Positions 1 through 10,834 of a stretch of DNA of 64,000 nt are shown here, one piece after another; position 1 is the first letter of the stretch; every line of letters begins with the position of its first letter. Both the position numbers and the translations under genes were made by a program. The stretch comes from Anaeromyxobacteraceae bacterium (GTDB lineage: Bacteria > Myxococcota > Myxococcia > Myxococcales > Anaeromyxobacteraceae): positions 192,001 through 256,000 of the forward strand of contig JASGHJ010000002.1 in the NCBI GenBank assembly GCA_047602405.1. The letters run 5' to 3'. The notes beneath the pieces are model-generated. The model was not told the origin of the DNA. It made no database searches and saw only the letters and a program-made list of their open reading frames with translations.

Positions 1-2
1 CG

Positions 3-623
3 GCGCCGGGCGCGGTTCCGGCGGCGGCGCGGACCGTCGCGGTGGGCGTGCCGGCGTCCGCGCTCGCCCGACGCCCGGACGTCCGCGCCGCGGAGCGCAG
101 GCTCGCGGCGCAGACCGCCGAGGTCGGCGTGGCGGTCGCGGCCCGGTACCCGTCGCTCACGCTCACGGGCTCCATCGGCCTCGAGGCGCTCACCGCCGGC
201 CGCCTCGTGACGGGCTCCCTCGCCGCGGGGCTCCTCGCCCCGATCCTCGACGCGGGCCGGCTCGCCCGCGCCGTCGACGCGCAGGAGGCCGCGCTCGTCC
301 AGGCGCGGGTCGCCTACCGCTCGGCGGTGCTGACGGCGCTCCGGGAGGTCGAGGACGCGCTCGTCGCGCTCGACCGCGAGGAGGCCCGCCGCGCCGCGCT
401 CGCGACCGCGGCCGACGCCGCCCGCCAGGCGGCCGCGCTCGCCCGGGACCAGTACGGCGCCGGCCTCGCCGCGTTCACCGCCGTGCTCGACGCCGAGCGC
501 ACGGTCGTGACCGTCGAGGACGCGCTCGCGAGGAGCGACGGCGACGCCGCGTCCGATCTCATCCGCCTCTACAAGGCGCTCGGCGGGGGCTGGACCCCCG
601 CGAGCAGCCCGGAGTCCACATGA
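3..623 (+). CDS. TolC/NodT-family outer membrane efflux protein (5' truncated by window edge)
   Basis: Motifs PASALARRPDVRAAE, YRSAVLTALREVEDAL and C-terminal LYKALGGGW; stop overlaps the adaptor gene start (ATGA). Confidence 0.9.
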   Translation, partial: APGAVPAAARTVAVGVPASALARRPDVRAAERRLAAQTAEVGVAVAARYPSLTLTGSIGLEALTAGRLVTGSLAAGLLAPILDAGRLARAVDAQEAALVQARVAYRSAVLTALREVEDALVALDREEARRAALATAADAARQAAALARDQYGAGLAAFTAVLDAERTVVTVEDALARSDGDAASDLIRLYKALGGGWTPASSPEST

Positions 624-1846
624 CCCGCCGCAAGCTCTACACCGCCGCCGGCACCCTCGTCGTCGCAGGGCTCGCCACCGCGCTCCTCTCCGGGGGCGCG
701 AAGCCGCCGTCGTTCCGGACCGAGGCCGTGAAGCGCGGCACGCTCACCGTCGCGGTGAGCGCGACCGGCACGCTCCAGCCCACGAACCAGGTGGACGTCG
801 GCTCGGAGCTCTCCGGCGTCGTCCGCGCCGTGGAGGCCACCTACAACCAGCGCGTCGAGCAGGGGCAGGTGCTCGCCCGCCTCGACCCGACGAAGCTCGA
901 GGCCCAGGCCGCCCAGAACGCGGCGGCGCTCGCCTCCGCGCGCGCCAAGGTCGCCCAGGCCGGCGCGACCGTGGACGAGGATCGGCAGCAGCTCGCCCGG
1001 CTCGAGGCCGTCCGGGAGAAGTCGGGCGGTAAGGTGCCCGCCCAGGCCGACCTCGACGCCGCGACCGCCGCGCTCGCCCGCGCCAGGGCCGACCTCGCCG
1101 CCGCCGAGGCCGCCGCGCAGCAGGCGCGCGCGGCGCTCGACGCCACCCGGGTGGACCTCACGAAGGCGGTGGTCCGGTCGCCGGTGACCGGCGTGGTGCT
1201 GAAGCGCTCGATCGAGCCCGGGCAGACCGTCGCCGCGAGCCTCTCGGCGCCGGTGCTCTTCACGGTCGCCGAGGACCTCCGCCGGATGGAGCTGCAGGTG
1301 GCGGTCGACGAGGCCGACGTCGGCCGGGTGAAGGCCGGGCAGGAGGCGCGCTTCACGGTGGACGCCTTCCCGGGCCGCACGTTCACGGCGCGGGTCGCCC
1401 AGGTGCGGCTCGGGGCGACGACCTCGAGCGGCGTCGTCACCTACACGACCGTGCTCGCGGTCGACAACGACGACCTCGCGCTCTTCCCCGGGATGACCGC
1501 GACGGCGTCGATCGTGGTCGAGCGCGCGGAGGGGGCGCTCCTCGTGCCCGCCGCGGCGCTCCGCTGGTCGCCGCCGGCGCCTCCCGGCAGCGGGCAGGGC
1601 GGCGCCACGCCCGGTGGGCCTCCGGGCATCCTCGGGAAGCTCATGCCGCGGCCGCCGGGCGACGCCCCGCCTCCGGCCGCGCAGTCCGGTGCGCCGCGGA
1701 TCCACGTGCTCCGCGACGGCCGGCCCGAGCCGGTGGAGGTGACGGTGGGGCCCACCGACGGCGCGCTCACCGCCGTCGCGGCGGGCGGGGTCGCCGAGGG
1801 CGCACGGGTCGTCGTGGGCACGGCCACCGGCGGGAGCGCGCCGTGA
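620..1846 (+). CDS. MacA-like periplasmic adaptor (membrane fusion protein)
   Basis: N-terminal TM, ATGTLQPTNQVDVGSELSG, coiled hairpin, RSPVTGVV, VDEADVGRV. Confidence 0.9.
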   Translation: MTRRKLYTAAGTLVVAGLATALLSGGAKPPSFRTEAVKRGTLTVAVSATGTLQPTNQVDVGSELSGVVRAVEATYNQRVEQGQVLARLDPTKLEAQAAQNAAALASARAKVAQAGATVDEDRQQLARLEAVREKSGGKVPAQADLDAATAALARARADLAAAEAAAQQARAALDATRVDLTKAVVRSPVTGVVLKRSIEPGQTVAASLSAPVLFTVAEDLRRMELQVAVDEADVGRVKAGQEARFTVDAFPGRTFTARVAQVRLGATTSSGVVTYTTVLAVDNDDLALFPGMTATASIVVERAEGALLVPAAALRWSPPAPPGSGQGGATPGGPPGILGKLMPRPPGDAPPPAAQSGAPRIHVLRDGRPEPVEVTVGPTDGALTAVAAGGVAEGARVVVGTATGGSAP

Positions 1847-2540
1847 GCGCGCTCATCGAGCTCCGCGGCGTCTCGAAGGTGTACGGCGAGGGCTCCGCCG
1901 CGGTGACCGCGCTGCGGGCGGTCGACCTCGAGATCGGCCGCGGCGACTTCGTGGCGGTCATGGGCCCGAGCGGCTCCGGGAAGTCCACCGCGCTCAACAT
2001 CCTCGGCTGCCTCGACGTGCCGACCGGCGGGAGCTACCGCTTCCACGGCGTGGAGGTCGGCTCCCTCTCCCGCGACGAGCGCGCGAGGCTGCGCAGGTTC
2101 CAGCTCGGCTTCGTGTTCCAGGGGTTCAACCTGCTCGGGCGCACCTCCGCGCTCGAGAACGTGGAGCTGCCGCTCGTCTATCGCGGGGTGCCGGCCGGGA
2201 AGCGCCGCGCCGCGGCCCGCGAGGCGCTCGCCTCGGTCGGGCTCGAGGGGCGGGAGGACCACACGCCCGCGGAGCTGTCCGGCGGCCAGCAGCAGCGCGT
2301 CGCCATCGCCCGCGCGGTGGTGACCGGCCCGGCGGTGCTCTTCGCCGACGAGCCCACCGGCAACCTCGACACCGCGCGCTCGCGGGAGGTGATGGCGCTG
2401 CTCCGCCGGCTCAACGAGGAGCGCGGGATCACGCTCGTCGTGGTGACGCACGAGGCGGACGTCGCGGCGTGGGCGCGGCGCACCGTGCGCTTCGTCGACG
2501 GCATCGTCGAGTCCGACCGCCAGAACCCGGAGCCCGCCCG

Positions 2541-2547
<7 letters not shown>
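1843..2547 (+). CDS. MacB/LolD-type ABC transporter ATP-binding protein
   Basis: Walker [36 protein letters not shown]. Confidence 0.95.
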
Positions 2548-3752
<1,205 letters not shown>

Positions 3753-3755
3753 GCG

Positions 3756-5258
3756 CTACCGCGCCGGCGCCTCGAGCCCGGGTGGCACCCGGTCCTTCCA
3801 CGGCCGCGCCTCCTCGAGCTGGGCGGCGACGCGCAGGATCGTGGCCTCGTCCGCGAACCGGCCCACGAGCTGGACGCCCACCGGGAGGCCGTCGGGCGTC
3901 CAGTGCAGCGGCACGCTCGCGGCGGGCTGGCCGGTCTCGTTGAAGAGCATGGTGAAGCCGGTCGCCTCGTAGCTGCGCTCGGAGAGCTGCTGGAAGAGCT
4001 GCTCGAGCATGAGGCGGTTCGGCACCGTCGCGAAGACCCACAGCGCGGCGCGCTCGTGGATCCGCGCGCCGAGGGTCCCGAGCTCCACCGGCGGCTGCGC
4101 GAGCGTCGGCGTGAGGAGGAGGTCGTAGCGCTCGTGGAAGAGCGCGAGCGCGCGGGCGGCCCGGTGGACCTCGCGCATCGCTCCGGCCACCTCGGCCGCG
4201 GAGAGCACCCGCCCCCCGACGGCGAGCGCCCAGGTCTCCGGCTCGAGCTCCTCCCAGCGCGCCTTGCGGCCGAGGGCGGCCTCCGACTCCGCCACGTCGG
4301 CCGCGACCCCGGCGGCGAGCACGACGAGGTACGCGCGCACGAGCCGCTCGCGGTCGAACGGCGGCCGCTCCTCGACGAGCTCGTGGCCGAGCCCCTCGAG
4401 CAGCTTCGCCGCCTCGTGGATTGCCGCCCCGCACTCGGCGTGGACGGCGTGGCTGAAGAACGGCGCGGTCGTGAAGGCGATGCGGAGCTTCGCGGGAGGC
4501 GCGGCGAGCGCCTCGGAGAACGGGCGCGCCGGCGCGGGGAGCGGGCAGGGATCGCCCGGCGCGGGGCCGAGCGCGAAGGCATCGAGGAACGCGGCCGCGT
4601 CGCGCACCGAGCGGCAGAGCACGCCGTGCGAGTCCCAGCCGTCCCAGAGGCCGGTCGCGTCCGGCGCGAAGGGCACGCGGCCCCGGGTGGTCTTGAGGCC
4701 GAAGACGCCGCACGCGGAGGCGGGGATGCGCACCGAGCCGCCGTGGTCGGTGCCGTGCGCCATTGGGACGATGCGCGCGGCGACCGCGGCGCCCGCGCCG
4801 CCCGAGGAGCCGCCGGAGGAGCGCGCGAGGTTCCAGGGGTTCCGGGTCGGGCCGCGGAAGGCCGGCTCGGTCGTCCCCATGATCCCGAACTCGGGCAGGT
4901 TGGTCTGGCCGAAGGGCACGAGCCCGGCGGCGAGGCCGCGCTCGACGACGAGAGCGTTCACGCCGGGTCGATCGCCGGCCCTGAGGCGGGAGGAGCCGGT
5001 GAGGGTCTGGCCCGCCCAGGCGGCGTGGAGGTCCTTCCAGAGGAAGGGCACGCCCGAGAGCGGGCCGCGCGGCAGGGGGCTCCGCGCGCGGAGGCGGGCC
5101 CCGGCGTCGTCGCGGGTGACGATGGCGTTGAGCCGTGCGTTGCGGGCGTCGGCCCGCGCGAGCGCCGCCTCGAGCAGCTCGAGGGCGGTGGCCTCCCCCG
5201 CGGCGACGAGCCGCGCGAGGCCGACCGCGTCGAGCGCGTCGTAGGCGCCGAGGCTCAC
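3756..5258 (-). CDS. Amidase signature family enzyme
   Basis: GVPFLWKD, SGGSSGG, GTDHGGSVRIPAS, GLPVGVQLVG. Confidence 0.9.
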   Translation of the reverse strand: MSLGAYDALDAVGLARLVAAGEATALELLEAALARADARNARLNAIVTRDDAGARLRARSPLPRGPLSGVPFLWKDLHAAWAGQTLTGSSRLRAGDRPGVNALVVERGLAAGLVPFGQTNLPEFGIMGTTEPAFRGPTRNPWNLARSSGGSSGGAGAAVAARIVPMAHGTDHGGSVRIPASACGVFGLKTTRGRVPFAPDATGLWDGWDSHGVLCRSVRDAAAFLDAFALGPAPGDPCPLPAPARPFSEALAAPPAKLRIAFTTAPFFSHAVHAECGAAIHEAAKLLEGLGHELVEERPPFDRERLVRAYLVVLAAGVAADVAESEAALGRKARWEELEPETWALAVGGRVLSAAEVAGAMREVHRAARALALFHERYDLLLTPTLAQPPVELGTLGARIHERAALWVFATVPNRLMLEQLFQQLSERSYEATGFTMLFNETGQPAASVPLHWTPDGLPVGVQLVGRFADEATILRVAAQLEEARPWKDRVPPGLEAPAR

Positions 5259-5638
5259 TGTTTCAGCGCAGGCTTGTGGGCCTGGCCCTCGTCGAACCCG
5301 TGCGCGACGGAGAAGTGGTAGACGGCGTACGGCTCGTCACCCCCGCCGATGAGCTCGAACAGGTACGCCCCGTCCTCCGCGTCGGGATCGGGCATGGCCT
5401 GCACGAACAGGACCTCCCGCACCTCGATGACGAGCTCGGCGAGGAGCTGCTTGCCGCGCAGGAGCTGGACCGTCGGGGTCCGGTCCTCCTCTTCCTCGAG
5501 GTGCCAGTGTAGATCCTCGTGGTCGTAGAGGAAGCTGTCGGGCGTCCCCGCGCGCAGGATGCAGTTCGGGTGGCGCTTCAGCCAGCGCCAGAACCGATCG
5601 AACTGGAGCGTGGTGCCGGTCTCTACGGTGACGGTCAT
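5255..5638 (-). CDS. Hypothetical protein (127 aa, acidic), coupled to the amidase
   Basis: ATG at 5638 (MTVTVETG), high-GC3 codon pattern, 4-nt overlap with the amidase start. Confidence 0.7.
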   Translation of the reverse strand: MTVTVETGTTLQFDRFWRWLKRHPNCILRAGTPDSFLYDHEDLHWHLEEEEDRTPTVQLLRGKQLLAELVIEVREVLFVQAMPDPDAEDGAYLFELIGGGDEPYAVYHFSVAHGFDEGQAHKPALKQ

Positions 5639-5669
5639 GGGCGGCGAATATAGTCGGGTGGGAGGTTTC

Positions 5670-6353
5670 ATGGTGCTCGAGCGCGCGGGCTGGTCGTTCC
5701 TGGTGGTCCTCGCCTTCTCGGGGTGTGCCTCGGCCGGCGCGGGCCCCGCCCGGCCCCGGACCGATCGGGTCGGCCCGGCCTTCGCGGACGTGCGGAAGGT
5801 GGCGGTCTTCCGGGAGAAGGGCGCCGAGAAGAAGGCGCCCGGCAAGGACCTCCTCGACGGCGTGGCCGACTCCCTCGCCCGGCGCGGCTGGACGGTGGTC
5901 CAGGAGACGCCCACGCCGGAGGGCGAGAAGGCGCTCGCGGCGCTGCACGATCGGCTCGACCCGTGGAAGGGGCCGGCCCTCGACGCGCGCCGCGGGGTGG
6001 TCTTCGGCGTCGCGGAGGGCGCCGGCGACCTCGTGCGGCAGGCCGGGCTCGACGCCGTCGCCTTCACCTACCGGTTCGTCCGCGTGCAGGCGATGGACAG
6101 CGTCCAGAACCAGAACCCGTGGGCCGCGCCGCGCACCGACCTGCGCAACCAGATCACCGGCGCGATCGTCCTCGTCTCGGCCCGCGACGAGGTGGCGCGG
6201 GTGGACTGGGGGCGCCTCGAGCGCGCGGACCTCTCGACCTCGCCGGAGAACGCGGCCGAGGCGATCGACGCGCTCATGATGGCGCTCGACGCCGAGAAGG
6301 AGCCGCCGCCCGGCGAGGGCGCGCCGGCGGTCGTCAGGCCGCCGGGGATGTAG
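5670..6353 (+). CDS. Hypothetical lipoprotein
   Basis: GGAGG RBS before ATG 5670; hydrophobic stretch then LAFSGC lipobox. Confidence 0.65.
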   Translation: MVLERAGWSFLVVLAFSGCASAGAGPARPRTDRVGPAFADVRKVAVFREKGAEKKAPGKDLLDGVADSLARRGWTVVQETPTPEGEKALAALHDRLDPWKGPALDARRGVVFGVAEGAGDLVRQAGLDAVAFTYRFVRVQAMDSVQNQNPWAAPRTDLRNQITGAIVLVSARDEVARVDWGRLERADLSTSPENAAEAIDALMMALDAEKEPPPGEGAPAVVRPPGM

Positions 6354-7512
6354 GGGGCCGGACGGTGAGCGTCGAGACGGCCGCGACCTCGCCGCCGCGC
6401 AGGTAGAGCCGCGGCACGCGCGCCGCCACGCCGGCGAGCACGTCCCAGGAGATGGTGTCGGCGAGCGCCGCGAGCTCGTCGGCGTCGACCCGCTCCTCGC
6501 CGTCCCTGCCGATGAGCGTCGCGACGTCCCCGGGCGCGGCGCCCGGCACCGCGGTGACGTCGACCATGAACATGTCCATCGCGATGCGGCCCACCACGGG
6601 CGCGCGGCGTCCGCGCACGAGCACGTGGGCGCGGTTCGACAGGCCGCGGCGGTAGCCGTCCGCGTAGCCGGCCATCACGAGGGCGACGCGCGAGGGCCGG
6701 GCGGCGGCCCAGGTGCGGCCGTAGCCGACGGTGGCCCCGCGCTCGACCTCCATGACCCGCGCGACGCGCGCGCGGAGCGCGAGCGCCTGGACGAGCTCGG
6801 CGTCGGCGCCCACCCAGGGCGCGGGCTTGTAGCCGTAGATGGAGAGGCCGGTGCGGACCGCGTCGAGGCTCATCTCGGGGTCGACGAGCACGCTCGCGGA
6901 GGCGGAGCAATGCCGCTCGGGGATCCAGGGCACCCGCGCCGCGGTGGCCTTCAACACGTCGAACTGCCGTCGCGTGAAGCGCTGGTCGCCCTCCTCGGCG
7001 GCGGCGAAGTGGGTGAAGAGCCCCTGGACCTTCAGCCCCGGCAGCGCGCGGGCGCGCCCGGCGAGCGCGACGAGCGCGTCCGGCGCGAGCCCGTGCCGGT
7101 TGAGGCCGGTCTCGAGCTCGAGGTCCACCTCCACGGGCCGCGGCGCGCCGCGCGCGGCGGCGGAGAGCGCCTCCAGGAACTCGGCGGAGCCGGCGGCGGC
7201 CCGGAGGCCCAGCTCGACGACCCGGCCCGCGTCGGAAGGCGGGGTCCAGCCGACCACCAGGATGGGCGCGGTGATCCCGGCCTGCCGGAGCTCCTCGGCC
7301 TCGTCCACCGCGACCACCACGAGCGCCTGCGCGCCGGCCTCGAGCGCGGCCCGGCCGACCGCCACCGCGCCGTGCCCGTAGGCGTTCGCCTTCACGACCG
7401 CCCAGAGCTTCGCCGGCGCGGCGCGCGCCGCGAGCAGCTTCACGTTACGTGCGATGGCGTCGAGGTCGACCTCGGCCCACACGGGCCGGCCGGGCCACTC
7501 CGAGGGATTCAT
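6334..7512 (-). CDS. alr: Alanine racemase
   Basis: PLP-lysine motif AVVKANAYGHG, GYGRTW, GYADG, GRIAMD; start MNPSEWP at 7512. Confidence 0.95.
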   Translation of the reverse strand: MNPSEWPGRPVWAEVDLDAIARNVKLLAARAAPAKLWAVVKANAYGHGAVAVGRAALEAGAQALVVVAVDEAEELRQAGITAPILVVGWTPPSDAGRVVELGLRAAAGSAEFLEALSAAARGAPRPVEVDLELETGLNRHGLAPDALVALAGRARALPGLKVQGLFTHFAAAEEGDQRFTRRQFDVLKATAARVPWIPERHCSASASVLVDPEMSLDAVRTGLSIYGYKPAPWVGADAELVQALALRARVARVMEVERGATVGYGRTWAAARPSRVALVMAGYADGYRRGLSNRAHVLVRGRRAPVVGRIAMDMFMVDVTAVPGAAPGDVATLIGRDGEERVDADELAALADTISWDVLAGVAARVPRLYLRGGEVAAVSTLTVRPPTSPAA

Positions 7513-7570
7513 GGGCGGCAGGATAGTCGCGAGGGGGTCGGGCGGGAAGCGGACACGGAGAGGGATGCCG

Positions 7571-7836
7571 GGACGGAGGCGGAGACGGAGGCGGAGGCGG
7601 AGACGGAGGCGGAGACGGACACGGACACGGCCACGGCCACGGACACGGCCAACGGATACGGCCAACGGATACGGCCAACGGATACGGCCAACGGACCGCG
7701 GCTACGGAAACGGTCCGTAGCCGCTGGCCGTAGCCGTAGCCGCTGACCGTAGCCGCTGACCGTAGCCGCTGACCGTAGCCGTTGGCCGTTGGCCGTTGGC
7801 CGTAGCCGTAGCCGCTGACCGCGGCCGTGTCCGTCC
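7571..7836. repeat. Long imperfect palindrome built from 6/7/13-bp tandem units
   Basis: (GGAGRC)n, (GGCCAACGGATAC)x3 at 7647-7685, core hairpin GCGGCTACGGA-AACGG-TCCGTAGCCGC at 7698-7724, (CCGTAGCCGCTGA)x3 at 7734-7772. Confidence 0.85.
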
Positions 7837-7847
7837 CGGACGCTCCT

Positions 7848-9002
7848 CTACAAGAAGCTGTCCTGGTACCCCGGATCCTCGATCCCCAGCGCCGCCTTCG
7901 TCGGCATGAGCGGGGCGGCGCAGTCGAGCATCACGGCGAGCTCGTTCGTCGTCTTCGCGCCGATCGAGCCCTCGTAGGCCCCGGGGTGCGGGCCGTGCAT
8001 CACGCCCGCCGGGTGGAACGAGATGGAGCCGGGTCCCACCCCGCGCCGCGAGGTGAACTCGCCGCGGACGTAGAAGAGGATCTCGTCCACGTCGACGGAG
8101 GCGTGCGGGTAGGGGCAGGGGATCGCCTCGGGGTGGAAGTCGACCACCCGCGGCACGAACGAGCAGATGAGCGCGCCGTGCGTGGCGAAGGTGCCGTGCC
8201 AGGTGGGCGGCAGGTGCACGAGGCCCGCGCGCGGCTGGAAGTTCAGGATCGGGAACGCGAACGGGTAGACCGCGCCGTCCCAGCCGACGACGTCGAGCGG
8301 GGAGTGCTCGTGGCGGTGGCCGTGGAAGGCGTTGCCGCGCTTCACGACCACGTCGCGGATGCCCTCGTCCATCGGGCCCTTCCACTCGACGCGGCGGAAG
8401 TCGCGGTGCGAGTAGGGCGCGTCCATGCGGAGCTGGCCGGTGTCGTTGCGCCACTGGCGCGGCAGGTGGATCCCGCCGGCGCACTCGAGCGACAGCCAGC
8501 GCTGCGGGCCGGGGTCGGGGATCCAGCGGTGGAGCAGGCCCCGCGGGACGAAGACGTAGTCGTCCTTCTCGAAGCGCAGGTCCCCGAGCACCGAGCGCAG
8601 GACGCCCCCGCCCTCGAAAACGTACATGAGGTCGTCGCCGTCGGCGTTCTGGAAGTAGACCGGGTCGGGCTCGGTGGGCGTGACCATGCCCGCGACCACG
8701 TCGGCGTTGAAGAGGAGCGCGACCCGCGTGTCGATCGCCGGCCCCTTCACCGCCGGCAGGGCGCCGGTGCGGTAGTGGCGCCTGAGCAGCTTCCCGGGGT
8801 GCGCGGGCTCCGGCGGCGCGAAGCCGTGGCGCGTGTCCACCGAGCGGGTCGCGTGCGGGCGGTGCTGGTGGTAGGCGAGCGTGTAGGGCCCGTCGAAGCC
8901 GGCCCGCGTGTACGCCTCCTCGAAGAGGAGCCGCCCCGCTGCGTCCTTGAAGGCGATGTGGTGCTTCCGCGGCACCGCGCCCTGCTGGACCCGGTCGAGC
9001 AT
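7848..9002 (-). CDS. hmgA: Homogentisate 1,2-dioxygenase
   Basis: FQNADGDD, HSPLDVVGWDG, HLPPTWHGTF, PYPHASVDVDE, HGPHP; operon context. Confidence 0.92.
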   Translation of the reverse strand: MLDRVQQGAVPRKHHIAFKDAAGRLLFEEAYTRAGFDGPYTLAYHQHRPHATRSVDTRHGFAPPEPAHPGKLLRRHYRTGALPAVKGPAIDTRVALLFNADVVAGMVTPTEPDPVYFQNADGDDLMYVFEGGGVLRSVLGDLRFEKDDYVFVPRGLLHRWIPDPGPQRWLSLECAGGIHLPRQWRNDTGQLRMDAPYSHRDFRRVEWKGPMDEGIRDVVVKRGNAFHGHRHEHSPLDVVGWDGAVYPFAFPILNFQPRAGLVHLPPTWHGTFATHGALICSFVPRVVDFHPEAIPCPYPHASVDVDEILFYVRGEFTSRRGVGPGSISFHPAGVMHGPHPGAYEGSIGAKTTNELAVMLDCAAPLMPTKAALGIEDPGYQDSFL

Positions 9003-10175
9003 CTAGAACCGCCCCTCCTGCTCCTGCTGCCGCTCGATGGACTCGAAGAGCGCCCGGAAGTTGCCCGCGCCGAAGCCCTGGTCGCCCTTGCGCTGGATGA
9101 TCTCGTAGAAGAACGGGCCCGCCTCGTACTCGCCGTAGAGCCCCGCGGAGTCGCGCAGGAAGATCTGCAGCATGTAGGACCCGGGCGCGCCGCCGTCGAC
9201 GAGGATCTCGAGCTTGCGCAGGTCCTCGATCTTCTCGTCGATCTTGCCGATGCCGGTCGTCTTGAGCCGATCCGGGAGCGCGTCGTAGTAGGTGCCGGGC
9301 GTCGGCATGAACTGCACGCCGGAGGCGCGCATCGCCTTCACCGAGGAGAGGATGTCGGTCACGGTGAGGGCCGCGTGCTGGATGCCGTCGCCGCGGTGGT
9401 CCTCGTTGAAGATGTTGATCTGGGAGGACTTGAACGCCGGCCGCCAGGGCTCGTTGTTCGCGAACTTCACGACGCCGGAGGCCATGTCCTTCATGACCAC
9501 CGAGCGCAGGCCGGAGCCCTTCTGCGCCTGGATCGCGGCGCGCTTCGCGGAGGCGGCGTCCTGGGTGTGGAACTGCACCTCCCAGAACTCCTCCATGCCG
9601 AGCACGTGCTCCATCCAGAGGAGCGCGGGCTTCATGGTCTGGAAGTTCGAGGTGAGGTGGTCGATGTGGCCGAAGCCGAGCTTGTTCGTGCCGCCCTTCG
9701 GCGCCGGGTGCACGACCATGCCCGGGTAGCCGCGGTAGCCCTTGCGCTCGACGTAGCGGAAGGTCGTGTCGGCGAGCGGCGTCGTGATGTGGAAGGTGCG
9801 GTAGGTGCCGCCCTCGTCGCGGTCCGTCTGGATGTCCTCGATGGGCGTGCCGCCGCGCTCCTCGAGCAGGCGGAACGTCTTCTCGATGTCCTCGACCTCG
9901 AAGACCACCGTGCCGACGCCGTCCGGGTGCTTGCGGAGGTAACGCCACGCCCGCCCGCCCTCGCCGAGCGGCTGGGAGCAGAGGACGTTCACGTCGCCGG
10001 CGCGGAAGAGGGCGGAGGTCTGGTGGCCCGCCTGCTCGAGCGCGGGGCTCGAGACCGCGACCTCGGCGAAGTCGAGCTTCTCGGTGTAGAAGCGCCGGCT
10101 GCGGCCGAGGTCGTGCACGTAGTAGTGCAGCGCCTCGACGCGGCGGATTCCCAGGGGCTCGAGCTTGGTCGTCAT
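9003..10175 (-). CDS. hppD: 4-hydroxyphenylpyruvate dioxygenase
   Basis: HIDHLT, NEP, GIQHAAL, YMLQIF, FFYEIIQRKGDQGFGAGNFRALFESIE. Confidence 0.95.
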   Translation of the reverse strand: MTTKLEPLGIRRVEALHYYVHDLGRSRRFYTEKLDFAEVAVSSPALEQAGHQTSALFRAGDVNVLCSQPLGEGGRAWRYLRKHPDGVGTVVFEVEDIEKTFRLLEERGGTPIEDIQTDRDEGGTYRTFHITTPLADTTFRYVERKGYRGYPGMVVHPAPKGGTNKLGFGHIDHLTSNFQTMKPALLWMEHVLGMEEFWEVQFHTQDAASAKRAAIQAQKGSGLRSVVMKDMASGVVKFANNEPWRPAFKSSQINIFNEDHRGDGIQHAALTVTDILSSVKAMRASGVQFMPTPGTYYDALPDRLKTTGIGKIDEKIEDLRKLEILVDGGAPGSYMLQIFLRDSAGLYGEYEAGPFFYEIIQRKGDQGFGAGNFRALFESIERQQEQEGRF

Positions 10176-10834
10176 GGGGTCCTCTTCTCCGGCGGCGGCG
10201 CGTCGGGCTGGCGGTCCGGGTGGGCCGCCTGGAAGGCCGGGAGGGCGCCGCACGCCTCCTCGACCCTGCGCAGGGTCGGGAACGGCGCGAGGTCGATCCC
10301 GAAGCGGCGCGCGTTGTACATCTGGGGCACGAGGTAGCAGTCGGCCAGTCCGGGCTCGTCGCCGCCCGCGTAGCGGCCGGCCGTGGCGGCGGCCGCCCGC
10401 TCGAGGCCGGCGAGCCCGCGCGCGATCCAGTGGCGGGCCCAGACCTTGTCGTAGCCGGCCTCCTTCTCGCGGAGCATCTTGAGCGGCGCCGCGTTCTGGA
10501 GCGGCTGGATGCCGGAGTTCACGTGCTCGGCGAGCGCCCGCACCTCGGCGCGCCGGTCGAGGTCGCGCGGCAGGAGCGGCGGGGTCGGGTGGCGCTCGTC
10601 CAGCCACTCGAGGATCGCCATCGACTGCGCGAGCCGGAGGACGTGCCCGCGCTCCTCCACCTCGAGCACCGGCACCTGCGCGAGCGGGCTGCGGGCCTGG
10701 TGCGCGTCGGAGAACTGCTCGCCCTCGAGGAGGTTCACCGCGACGTACGCGTAGGGGAGCCCCTTCAGCGCGAGGCCGATGCGGACGCGCCAGGCCGAGG
10801 AAGAGCGCCAGTAGGAGTAGAGGCGGTAGCTCAC
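10172..10834 (-). CDS. maiA: Maleylacetoacetate isomerase (zeta-class GST)
   Basis: LYSYWRSSSAWRVRIGL, QSMAILEWL, SGIQPLQN, AHPDRQPD; GTG start overlaps the upstream stop. Confidence 0.93.
   Translation of the reverse strand: MSYRLYSYWRSSSAWRVRIGLALKGLPYAYVAVNLLEGEQFSDAHQARSPLAQVPVLEVEERGHVLRLAQSMAILEWLDERHPTPPLLPRDLDRRAEVRALAEHVNSGIQPLQNAAPLKMLREKEAGYDKVWARHWIARGLAGLERAAAATAGRYAGGDEPGLADCYLVPQMYNARRFGIDLAPFPTLRRVEEACGALPAFQAAHPDRQPDAPPPEKRTP

Noticed and set aside
7571..7836. Possible CRISPR array
   Set aside because: Units are 6-13 bp and directly tandem with no unique spacers; no cas genes are nearby.
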